Of a DNA stretch of 64,000 nt, positions 31,216-40,596 are shown one piece after another (within the stretch, counting starts at the first letter, position 1; every line of letters starts with the position of its first letter). The position numbers and the translations under genes were made by a program. The DNA is from Ignisphaera sp. (GTDB taxonomy: Archaea > Thermoproteota > Thermoprotei_A > Sulfolobales > Ignisphaeraceae). Where the stretch lies: NCBI GenBank assembly GCA_038889075.1, contig JAWAHS010000001.1, positions 151,667 to 215,666 of the forward strand. The letters run 5' to 3'. A model generated the notes under the pieces. It was not told where the DNA came from and searched no databases. It saw only the letters and a list, made by a program, of their open reading frames with translations.

Positions 31216-31410
31216 GTGTGTGAATCCATAGCCTATATAAGGGAGGGCAACTCTGAAAAACTCTATGCACGAGATATAGCTACGTTGGTAATTGAAGAGA
31301 ATAAGATAGTACTCATAGATATTGCTGGCAATACATACACCTTAACAGATGCCGTATTAGAGTACGTAGACTTTGTTGGTCATAGAATCATTTTAAGAAA
31401 AACCGATTGA
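31216..31410 (+). CDS. cooT: CooT-family nickel-binding protein (copy 1)
   Basis: GTG at 31216 after GGTGG gives MCESIAY...DFVGHRIIL, the CooT M-C-E-S start and C-terminal His. Confidence 0.75.
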   Translation: MCESIAYIREGNSEKLYARDIATLVIEENKIVLIDIAGNTYTLTDAVLEYVDFVGHRIILRKTD

Positions 31411-31493
31411 GATCAATGTAGAATTGAGGATGACTGTGTTGATATATTAAGAACTAATTAATTAGTATTGGAGAAAAAATTATTTTTACCTAT

Positions 31494-32210
31494 TTATTTT
31501 GCAGGTTTGAATATATACTCATAGAGAGTCGCTCCTATTATACCCCCTATTATAGGTCCTATTAGATATATCCATACCTTGGATAGAGGCAGTAGATCAC
31601 CAGCAATAGCTGCAGCTATTGCCGGTCCAAGAGATCTTGCAAAATTCATGCTTGCACCTGTTAACGGTCCTCCAATCCATATATCGCAGGCTACTATCAT
31701 CCCTATTGAAAACCCTGCCCAGCCTGTCGGTGCCCGTTTATCTACGGCTACACCCATTATTACAAATAGTAGCCATAATGTGAGGATGATCTCTATAACT
31801 ACGGCTGCACCATCTCCTACTCCAGTACCTGGAAGTGTAGAACCAAAGCGAACAGCCTTACCTGCAACTGGGAAGAATCCGTAGAGGCAGAGACCTGCTA
31901 TAATGGAACCTATAATCTGAGCAGCTATATAGGGTGCTACAAGTTTAGCAGGAAGTCTTCCAATAGCAGCAAGGGCGACTGTTACAGAAGGGTTTATATG
32001 TGTACCCGAGATGTGACCCAGGGTATAGATCATTATCATTACAATAAAGCCGAATGTAGCACCTATACCAAATAGTGCAGCAGGGCCGCCACCAAGTATC
32101 GAGATTAGGGTTATAACTGATGCAGGTCCGAATAGTGTTAGAGCCCATGTGCCAAATATCTCTGCTATAAACATCTGTAGCAATGTAGGCTGGGTCTTTT
32201 GACTAGCCAA
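31494..32210 (-). CDS. MIP/aquaporin-family channel with variant NPS and NFA motifs
   Basis: AEIFGT, GHISGTHINPSVT, E..LT, TGASMNFARSLGP, WIYLIGP. Confidence 0.92.
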   Translation of the reverse strand: MASQKTQPTLLQMFIAEIFGTWALTLFGPASVITLISILGGGPAALFGIGATFGFIVMIMIYTLGHISGTHINPSVTVALAAIGRLPAKLVAPYIAAQIIGSIIAGLCLYGFFPVAGKAVRFGSTLPGTGVGDGAAVVIEIILTLWLLFVIMGVAVDKRAPTGWAGFSIGMIVACDIWIGGPLTGASMNFARSLGPAIAAAIAGDLLPLSKVWIYLIGPIIGGIIGATLYEYIFKPAK

Positions 32211-32348
32211 CCATTTTCACCCACAGTACTTAATCCGGTTATGGGGTATATAAGCTTTTCTCTATATATAGAAAGGGAATTCATGGCCTATGCAAGCTAT
32301 TGTTGAAAAAGAATTTAAAAATACGGATTATTTTTATTTTGTTTTAAT

Positions 32349-33902
32349 CTAGGCAGCCTCTACTCCAGCCGTTAATGGCACTGTTTTAGCTATACCTATT
32401 CTATACCAGCACCACTTACATCTACCACTTAGGAATGTCTGGCTAACGCCGCATGCCTTACATATTGGTGGTGGCGCTATTGGTTTTTCTGGATGTAGCG
32501 CTACAATATATGTATTGATTGTAGCAGTAACAGGTTCGCTTGTTAAGAGGCATGGGAAGTCCGCTAATCTCATAAGCGATGAAAATCTCACTGTTATTGC
32601 ACAACCTGGATAGGTGTATCTCTGCGGAGCCATCAGGACAGCATTTCTCTTTATGGGTGATAGATCTATCTTAAGACCCTTTAGTACATAGCCATCTCTT
32701 CCAAATGGTGAAGGTCTGATTACGTCTGCGCCTCTCATGATGAGGTCTATGAAGTCAGCATTGTGTAGTTCTGCAGCAGGGCTTCTAGTTGGGTATTTCA
32801 GTACAAAGTTGTGGAATCTCTTTACAAGTAGGTCAGCAACAGTTTCACCTGTGAAGCCATCCAATTCAAGTATAAATGTTGTTGCTCCAGCAAGGGTTCT
32901 ACCTGCGGCTGTTAAGGCATCATATTCGCTCTTTATAAGACCCTCCTTAACACCTTTAGTCAGAGTTACATCTAGGACATCTGTAACAGCCTCCATAATA
33001 GCCATAGTCATATCATCTTTAGCCATGTTGTACATGCTCTGAGATATATGGTGACCCACATCGCCAACACCATATGCTGGTACGACAGTGAGATTAGCGG
33101 GGTGTACACCTGCATTAAGTGCCGCCTTTATATATGGTAGCATCCTATCCTTAAATTTGCTCATATATGTTGCAGGATCAAAGCTCCTATGGCCAACAGC
33201 CTTCATGACATCTATCTGCATTTTTACAGGTTCTAGCCACATCTTCTTCAGAGCTTCGATCTCTTCCTTCACAGCCTCATCAAGGGATTTGCCAGCCTCA
33301 ACTGCTGCTACAAATGTTGCTCCAAAGCCATAGCTTGTAGCCATACCCCAGCTCTTAGCAGCAAGTATTATCTCCTTGTGCTCCTTTGGAATATCAAGCT
33401 TCTCAAGAATGGCTGCATGTATTCCCGGCATTCCTCCAACAGCATAGGCAAAGTCAACCACACATGTAGGTCCATAGAACCCTGCATACTTCCTAACGAG
33501 TTCTCTACCTATGAATCCTTTATGCTCCTCTAAAGCTTTTGTAAACTTTTCAACCGATTCTTTAAATTTTGGATCAAGCTCATACAGAATCTCAAGAACT
33601 ACAGGTGTCTGGTAGTGCTCAACGTAGGGATCGTCCTCAGGAACTATGGTTTTATCGACAGCAATTTCATTTAGAATATCGTAGTGTGCAACAACACTAG
33701 CTACAAACAGATCTATAACCTCCTTCTTCATAGGGCCAACAGCAGCCATTTTCTTTGTAGCTTCAACATACGGGGCTGCATCAGGTATGACGAATTTGCC
33801 TCCGCGCCTCTCTCTAATGACAGAAATATCAGCTTTTTGAGCAGCAATAGCATCTTCAACAATTTTGGTTACTACTTCAGGTGGAAGACTTGAAGTACCC
33901 AA
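32349..33902 (-). CDS. DUF2193-family protein with C-terminal Cys cluster (putative Fe-S)
   Basis: AAQKADI, PEDDPYVEHYQTP, GFYGPTCVVDF, KSWGM, GDVGHHISQS, RFSSLMRLADFPCLLTSEP, CKAC-x10-CKWC. Confidence 0.85.
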   Translation of the reverse strand: MGTSSLPPEVVTKIVEDAIAAQKADISVIRERRGGKFVIPDAAPYVEATKKMAAVGPMKKEVIDLFVASVVAHYDILNEIAVDKTIVPEDDPYVEHYQTPVVLEILYELDPKFKESVEKFTKALEEHKGFIGRELVRKYAGFYGPTCVVDFAYAVGGMPGIHAAILEKLDIPKEHKEIILAAKSWGMATSYGFGATFVAAVEAGKSLDEAVKEEIEALKKMWLEPVKMQIDVMKAVGHRSFDPATYMSKFKDRMLPYIKAALNAGVHPANLTVVPAYGVGDVGHHISQSMYNMAKDDMTMAIMEAVTDVLDVTLTKGVKEGLIKSEYDALTAAGRTLAGATTFILELDGFTGETVADLLVKRFHNFVLKYPTRSPAAELHNADFIDLIMRGADVIRPSPFGRDGYVLKGLKIDLSPIKRNAVLMAPQRYTYPGCAITVRFSSLMRLADFPCLLTSEPVTATINTYIVALHPEKPIAPPPICKACGVSQTFLSGRCKWCWYRIGIAKTVPLTAGVEAA

Positions 33903-33918
33903 TTATAACCACCACGTT

Positions 33919-33950
33919 CCTAACTGGTTAGGTAGTTATTTAAAGGTTTC
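33919..33950 (-). promoter_or_regulatory. Promoter of the DUF2193 gene: TATA box plus palindrome
   Basis: Minus strand GAAACCTTTAAATAACTACCTAACCAGTTAGG; perfect CCTAAC-tg-GTTAGG inverted repeat at 33919-33932. Confidence 0.55.
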
Positions 33951-34903
33951 TAAATATATTAGAATAGAATCGTTCGAATTTGAACTATTAATAATGTCAA
34001 GGTAATCACTGTTCTATGAATAGATAGATTCTAAGTATAGAAGGTAAACATTATCATGCATAGCGGCAACAACAATAGCAATGGAATAATGTCTCTCTTA
34101 CCGCTTACAGAGGTAGTTTGAGAGCCTATATTTAAGTTTTTATGCACCTTCAATGATAGAAGTACAATGGAGAAGAAATGTAACGTGTACATGGTAGAGG
34201 ATCTTGAATTGTAAACATTATTGAAATCCGGAAATAGTACATCTTTTTATAATAACGTATAGAGTACTTATTCTATTTGTTCTTGATGAACGTAATTAAT
34301 GATATACTCTCTTCTGCTCTAATGATCACTTGTTCTATAAGATCTTAGGCATAGTATTGACGAAATTTATACAGGCAATACTACCGATATTTTCGATGAT
34401 GCAACAATTGTAATCTTACTACATTAATTCCAAATTTGATTCTGAACTGTTGATTATACTGGTTAGCTTATAGAGATGTAGTGGCTAGAAGCAGTTTCGA
34501 CAGAGTTATCAAAATAGTATCTAATTCCGTAACATATATAAAGATGGAGATAGCCTATCTCAACCAGATATCCGTGAACGTTTTGATCTCTATTGATATT
34601 CTAAAATCTTCTATCTAAAATCTTCATTAACTGCGCTTTCTTCCTCGAATGGTTCCTTACTATAATCAGAAACGGTTCAGCTGTGCAGATTCCTCGATGC
34701 GCTGTATTAGTGTGCTATTGCGTAGCGTAGAGCAGGCTTTTTATGGAGGTATGTAATGTTTTCGAGTTTACGAATTTAAGTACCTGAAGGAATTCACATA
34801 GAGAATTTGACCGAAACTCTACTACAACTTTTCAACGGATTTTTAGTAAATGCTTCACACATTTCATATAACCAGTGATATTCATAACACAGTGTTCCAT
34901 TAC

Positions 34904-36049
34904 CTAGCATTTGTTCCAACTATTTAGTTTATCTATGGATATCCTCAATTCCCTTCCTCTATATGTAAATGATGATTCGTCAAAAAATAGATGCTGTGTA
35001 CCGGATTCCCTCTCCGATATGGTTACGATTGCAATTCCGCTGGCCACGTCCCCTAGGTATATATGGGTATCAAAGTTTCTATTCGTCATTGCATTTACGA
35101 TTATCTTACCCACCTCTGGATAGAGTCTTGCTATGGCTATAAATGGTGTTGTTAACCTTGGGTTAACCTCAACGACAATAGGTTTTCCATCCCACATAAC
35201 TATGTCAAATCCTATGTAACCTTCTATATCGTTATAGCATTGAATTAACTTTGTTAGAAACCTATGGACGTTTTTAACGATTTCACAATCTCTAACTGGA
35301 AGTATGTTTCCCCTATATCTAAATGCATTACCATCCAATTCTATAATTTGTTTGTTAACTGAATAGAACAATATTTTTCCATTGCTTATAATTGTTGAAA
35401 TGCTTCCATGAATTCCTTCAATGTATTGCTGGACGACAGCTCTACGAAGAGGATCGCACCGTAGAGCTCTTATAATATATCTCTCAGCATCGCTTGGGCT
35501 CCTCGCTATGTAGACACACTCTGAACCTGCAAGCATACAGGGTTTAACAACAACTGGGTATTCTAGCGATTTCAAATCAATATTACTGACATCTCTAACC
35601 TCTACAGTTTCAGGTACAGCTATCCCACATCTTCTGAGGACCATCATGGAGTTATACTTATCTGAAAGTAGTTGAATCGAATTTGTACTAGGTCCCCATA
35701 TCTTCCTACCTACAATTTCAGCTAATCTCACTAACTCCATAGGTGGTGCAATCACAATAATTTTATTGTATTCTTCTGCAATTTTAGAAACATTTTCTTC
35801 AAAGTAGTTACAGTCAATATAGTGGGCAATATCAATGTCATCTCTATAGACATGGGCTAGCAAACGTGAAACAGCAATGCGTGTTTCAACATATTTGTTG
35901 AGGAGTTTAGCTAGAGTATAAGCCATTGAGAAGCCCTCCGGAAGTAGGGCATCGTATTGGTTACGGCATTTGAATGTTGCTGTCACGTACTCTAGAACAA
36001 GTACCCTAAACTCTCTACCTCTAGGGTAATGCTCTATACTATGAGACAT
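34904..36049 (-). CDS. mfnD: ATP-grasp tyramine--L-glutamate ligase-like (methanofuran biosynthesis)
   Basis: VLVLEYV, EGFSM, VIAP, SDKY, VVKP..LAGSE, QQYIEG, GYIGFD, VEVNPRLTT. ATG at 36049 preferred; ORF track starts at 36109. Confidence 0.78.
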   Translation of the reverse strand: MSHSIEHYPRGREFRVLVLEYVTATFKCRNQYDALLPEGFSMAYTLAKLLNKYVETRIAVSRLLAHVYRDDIDIAHYIDCNYFEENVSKIAEEYNKIIVIAPPMELVRLAEIVGRKIWGPSTNSIQLLSDKYNSMMVLRRCGIAVPETVEVRDVSNIDLKSLEYPVVVKPCMLAGSECVYIARSPSDAERYIIRALRCDPLRRAVVQQYIEGIHGSISTIISNGKILFYSVNKQIIELDGNAFRYRGNILPVRDCEIVKNVHRFLTKLIQCYNDIEGYIGFDIVMWDGKPIVVEVNPRLTTPFIAIARLYPEVGKIIVNAMTNRNFDTHIYLGDVASGIAIVTISERESGTQHLFFDESSFTYRGRELRISIDKLNSWNKC

Positions 36050-36225
36050 AGTAAATAGAGGAGTAAAATAGACTTTATATACCTTATGGTATGAAAACCG
36101 TGTCAACATGGTGTGCAGCTATGGTATGGCTTACGCTAGATAGTGTATTGGTAAGTACTACTCTACCGATTCTACATAGTTAATGGGAGTGCACAATCAT
36201 AGACTGAAACACAAATCCAATATCA

Positions 36226-38640
36226 ATGGTCACAATAGAAATGTTTATAGCTGTAGTACTCCATACCACTAACAAGGCTATACTATACTTTAGCGGTTTT
36301 ATGGGGGTAGTATTGGGTTGTAGGGATGTTAGGGCTGTAAAGATAAGGATAGTAGGTACCGTACAAGGGGTTGGTTTTAGACCCTTTATCTATAGGCTTG
36401 CTACCTCTCTTAATTTAAAAGGGTATGTTGTTAATCTTGGTGGTAGCGAAGTTGAGATACATGTTGAGGGGGAAGAAAATCAGATTGAGATCTTTATATC
36501 AAGGCTCACTACTGAAAAGCCTCCACCTGCTAAGATAGTAAGCATTGAAATTAGAGAGGTTGAGCCTCAGTATTTTGCATCCTTTAAAATTCTAAGGAGT
36601 AGTAAGAGTCTATCTGCAAGAAGCTCTATACCACCAGACGTCGCTATATGTCGGGACTGTATCAATGAGATCTATACAGAGGGTTCGCGATTCTATAGAT
36701 ATCCATGGAATAGTTGTGCATGGTGTGGTCCTAGGTTTTCTATGATGTATGATATACCATATGATAGAGAAAATACAGCCATGTTTAAGTTTAAACTATG
36801 TGAAGAGTGTTCAAAAGAGTATAGCGATCCGAGCAATATTAGAAGATTTCATGCACAAGGTATAAGCTGTTCTAGATGTGGTCCAAAAACATTTGTATAT
36901 CGAAGTAGTGGTGAGAGGATCTATGTTGAAGATCCTGTAAGTTTCATAGCGCAGAAGATTCTTGAGGGCTGTATAGTTGCCATTAAGGGTATAGGTGGCT
37001 ATCACATAGCGTGTCTGGCTACGAGAGATGATGTTGTCCTAGAGTTGAGATCTAGGAAGAGGAGACCTTCACAACCATTTGCTCTAATGGCTAAGGATTT
37101 CGACATAGTGAATAGAATCGCTATACCTCCTCCAGGTGCAAGAGAATTGCTAGAGTCTCCACAAAGACCTATAGTAGTTATGCCTAAGCGTCCTGGATCT
37201 CCACTGTCAGAATATGTGGCACCTGCACTTTCTACAATTGGTGTTATGCTTCCATATACGGGTTTTCAGGTTATGCTACTTAATACTACTCCAGACGGTT
37301 TTCTTATAATGACTAGTGGGAATGTTCATGGAAAGCCTATGTGTACGGATCTCGAATGTATTTTTAGCGAACTTGTAGATGTTGTGGATTATGTTGTTGA
37401 ACATGAGAGGCAGATCGTTCATAGAGTTGATGATAGTGTTATAAGGTTTACAGATGGTGTACCGGTGTTTCTTAGGAGGGCACGTGGATATGCTCCAGAA
37501 TGGATAGAAACACAAGTGGAGCTTTTAGAAGGCGTAGCTGTTGGTGCAGAGCTTCAAACAGCTGGTGCTGTAGGTTTTGAAAATAAGGTCGTTCTGACAC
37601 AGTTTATAGGTGATATCGATGAACCTGCACAGCTGGAGGATCTTGAGAAAGAGCTTAGGTGGTTTATAAAGGTGTACAGACTTAATCCCATGTTTATAGC
37701 ACTGGATAAGCATCCCCTTTATCATAACAGATCAGCTGCGAAGAAGTTGGCTAGAGAATTTGGTGCAGAACTTATCGAGGTTCAGCACCATCATGCACAT
37801 ATAGCATCCGTTATGGGTGAAGTAGGGGTTTCGAAGGATGAAGAAGTTGTTGGTATAGCAATTGATGGAACAGGTTATGGAGACGATGGAGGTATATGGG
37901 GTGGTGAGGTGATAACCGCTAGCTATAGGGATTATATGAGAACTGGCAGTCTAGAGCCCTTTATACTTCCGGGTGGAGATTCCTCTGCTATATATCCAGT
38001 TAAGTCTCTTATCAGCATAATGGCTTCAGCTGGTTACAGTGAAGATGAGGTTCTAGATACTCTTGATAAAATGGATTTGTTTAAAGGCCTTCCACATGGT
38101 CGTAAGGAGGGTGAGGTAATATATTACCTATCTAAGAGTGGAAAGGGTATGGTTACAACGAGTATCGGTAGAGTACTAGATGCTTTTTCAGCTCTATTAA
38201 ATATATGTACGTTCAGAAGCTATGAGGGTGAACCACCAATAAAGCTTGAGGCTGTAGCTGATATAGGTAAGGATCTAGGCTATACACCAAGGTTAAGAAG
38301 CTTTGGTGATAGAATAATTGTAAGCGTTTCAGATATGCTTAGATGGGTTCTCGACAATATTGGTAAAGAGAGAAAGGAGGATATAGCTACCACAATACAG
38401 AGAGGTTTTGGCAGAGCATTAGGTGAAGCGGCACTGGTATCGTTAAAGGGAAGGAGAAATGCAAAGCAATACATTGTTATTGGAGGTGGTGCAGCTGCAA
38501 ATACTCATATAGTTAGAGGTGTGAAGGAGGTGTTAAAGGAATATGGTGTAGATGTTATCTTGCCCAGAAGATTGCCTCCTAGTGACGGTGGAATAGCATT
38601 TGGCCAGATAATCATAGCATCCAGTAAAGCCGGGAAGTGA
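36226..38640 (+). CDS. hypF: Hydrogenase maturation carbamoyltransferase
   Basis: Acylphosphatase VQGVGFRP, two Zn fingers (CRDC/CAWC, CEEC/CSRC), RRARG, QHHHAH, DGTGYG, SDGG; true start probably near 36301. Confidence 0.96.
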   Translation: MVTIEMFIAVVLHTTNKAILYFSGFMGVVLGCRDVRAVKIRIVGTVQGVGFRPFIYRLATSLNLKGYVVNLGGSEVEIHVEGEENQIEIFISRLTTEKPPPAKIVSIEIREVEPQYFASFKILRSSKSLSARSSIPPDVAICRDCINEIYTEGSRFYRYPWNSCAWCGPRFSMMYDIPYDRENTAMFKFKLCEECSKEYSDPSNIRRFHAQGISCSRCGPKTFVYRSSGERIYVEDPVSFIAQKILEGCIVAIKGIGGYHIACLATRDDVVLELRSRKRRPSQPFALMAKDFDIVNRIAIPPPGARELLESPQRPIVVMPKRPGSPLSEYVAPALSTIGVMLPYTGFQVMLLNTTPDGFLIMTSGNVHGKPMCTDLECIFSELVDVVDYVVEHERQIVHRVDDSVIRFTDGVPVFLRRARGYAPEWIETQVELLEGVAVGAELQTAGAVGFENKVVLTQFIGDIDEPAQLEDLEKELRWFIKVYRLNPMFIALDKHPLYHNRSAAKKLAREFGAELIEVQHHHAHIASVMGEVGVSKDEEVVGIAIDGTGYGDDGGIWGGEVITASYRDYMRTGSLEPFILPGGDSSAIYPVKSLISIMASAGYSEDEVLDTLDKMDLFKGLPHGRKEGEVIYYLSKSGKGMVTTSIGRVLDAFSALLNICTFRSYEGEPPIKLEAVADIGKDLGYTPRLRSFGDRIIVSVSDMLRWVLDNIGKERKEDIATTIQRGFGRALGEAALVSLKGRRNAKQYIVIGGGAAANTHIVRGVKEVLKEYGVDVILPRRLPPSDGGIAFGQIIIASSKAGK

Positions 38641-38895
38641 TTATAGAGGATAGTATTCTATACCACGGGGACGAATCTCCATGAAAATTGGGAATAGGAG
38701 GTTTGAATGCAATGGCCGAAAGCATGCACTATTAGTTAGCACTCGAGTTTTAAATCCATTGAATGCAACCCTTAGATAGTTCTGTCAGCTCTAGAACTAC
38801 GAATGACATTTATCTAGCGCTATGGATACGAGAAATTCTATGCAGGTAGTTTAGTTAATAAAGCTACAGAGAAGATAGGGTTAGTGTGAAATCAA

Positions 38896-39204
38896 ATGTG
38901 TCTAGGGGTACCCGCAGTAGTTGTAGATATCGATGAGAATAGCAATATCGTAAAGATAGACTATGGTGATGGTATTGTGAGAGAGGCTTTACTTGGCATT
39001 TCTGAGGAAAGAGTGGCAAGGGGGGATATTGTAATGGTGCATGCAGGCATAGTCATATCAAGGCTTAGTGTGGAAGGCTTGTACGAGCAGATCGAATTTG
39101 TGAGGAACCTTCTTAGCGATACTGAAGGTGGTGATTCATCGGAAGGATTAATAAGACTTTATGAGAATATAGCACAGCTTGCTAAAAAGCTGAAATCCAA
39201 GTAG
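38896..39204 (+). CDS. hypC: Hydrogenase maturation chaperone
   Basis: MCLGVPA, GDIVMVHAG. Confidence 0.95.
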   Translation: MCLGVPAVVVDIDENSNIVKIDYGDGIVREALLGISEERVARGDIVMVHAGIVISRLSVEGLYEQIEFVRNLLSDTEGGDSSEGLIRLYENIAQLAKKLKSK

Positions 39205-39215
39205 CAATACTATGG

Positions 39216-40274
39216 GTGATGATAGTGGATGACGTCATTAGATTACTACACGGTTCTGGAGGTATTGAGATGAGAGAAATTTTGGAAAGAGTTATATTCT
39301 CAAGGGTTGATCCGTCGCTGAAGAGAATTGGCGGAGGTATAGGAATTGATTGGCCAGACGATGGTGCTCTAATACCTCTACCAGATGGAAAGTACCTTGT
39401 TGTTACAATGGATAGCTACACCGTTAATCCACTATTCTTCCCTGGGGGCAATATAGGTTCACTAGCCGCCTCAGGTACTATAAATGATGTTGTTATGATG
39501 GGTGGCAAACCCATTGCACTGCTCGATTCAATAGTTGTTGAAGAGGGTTTTCCTATTAAGGATCTTCAAATAATAGTGGACTCTTTCATAGATGTTATTA
39601 GAAATGAGGGAGTGGCATTGATAGGAGGAGACTTTAAAGTTATGCCGAGAGGCCAGGTGGATAAGATTGTAATAACTACTGTGGGTATAGGTATAGCAGG
39701 CAGACCTATAGTGGATAGACCTAGGGCAGGGGATAAGATCATAGTTAGTGATTATGTTGGCGATCATGGAGCGGTGATCATGATGCTTCAATTAGGTCTC
39801 GAAAAGCGCATTGATGAATTAGCTGAGGGTATTTTAAAAAGCGATGTGAAACCGTTAACAAAGCTTATGATCCCAGTAATTGAAAGATACGGCGACTACA
39901 TCCATGCTGCAAGAGACCCTACACGTGGGGGTCTTTCTGGGGTCTTAAATGAATGGGCATCCTCCTTAGATATTGTGATAGTTGTTGACGAAGGGAATAT
40001 ACCTATTAGAGAACCAGTAGCTAGATACTGTGAAATGTTAGGCATAGACCCCCTCTATCTAGCAAGTGAAGGTATAGCAGTTCTCTCCGTTGATCCACTA
40101 ATGGCCGAAGACATAGTCAACTACATGAAGAGTCTTGGGTATACAAATGCCAGAATTATAGGCGAAGTTAAAGCCAGTGAAAAGTACAAAAACTATGTAA
40201 TTTTGAAGACTGCCGTAGGAGGTTTTAGAATTCTTGAACCACCACATGGCGAGCTCGTACCTAGAATATGCTAG
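39216..40274 (+). CDS. hypE: Hydrogenase maturation protein
   Basis: HGSGG, DSYTVNPLFFPGGNIG, GGDFKV, RDPTRGG, C-terminal PRIC. Confidence 0.96.
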   Translation: MMIVDDVIRLLHGSGGIEMREILERVIFSRVDPSLKRIGGGIGIDWPDDGALIPLPDGKYLVVTMDSYTVNPLFFPGGNIGSLAASGTINDVVMMGGKPIALLDSIVVEEGFPIKDLQIIVDSFIDVIRNEGVALIGGDFKVMPRGQVDKIVITTVGIGIAGRPIVDRPRAGDKIIVSDYVGDHGAVIMMLQLGLEKRIDELAEGILKSDVKPLTKLMIPVIERYGDYIHAARDPTRGGLSGVLNEWASSLDIVIVVDEGNIPIREPVARYCEMLGIDPLYLASEGIAVLSVDPLMAEDIVNYMKSLGYTNARIIGEVKASEKYKNYVILKTAVGGFRILEPPHGELVPRIC

Positions 40275-40596
40275 GGGTCACCATACCAGGGTTGGTATAT
40301 TCAAGCAAACTCCCTATAACCATGCATAATAGTACCCTTGCTTAAATCTCAACGGGAAGAGATTTCTAAGAACTATAGGCATTATCATACGACATTTAAT
40401 CGCTATATACCTATTTATTGAAATCTAAATAAGATTAAGGAGCAGTGCTACGGACCAGTCAATTTAATTGAAAAATATAGATGATTTAAAGAAGTCCTTA
40501 AACATTAGATGGAATATTGTAGCTGTTAGGGTTGTATTGTTAAGAGGCTTTACTGATGGAAAATCGTAAATCTGGAATATATCAAAGTAGTGTACT

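Noticed and set aside
33951-34903. Degenerate CRISPR array (GAATTGTAAAC and ATTGAAAT resemble repeat ends)
   Set aside because: No regularly spaced 24-40 bp repeats and no cas genes
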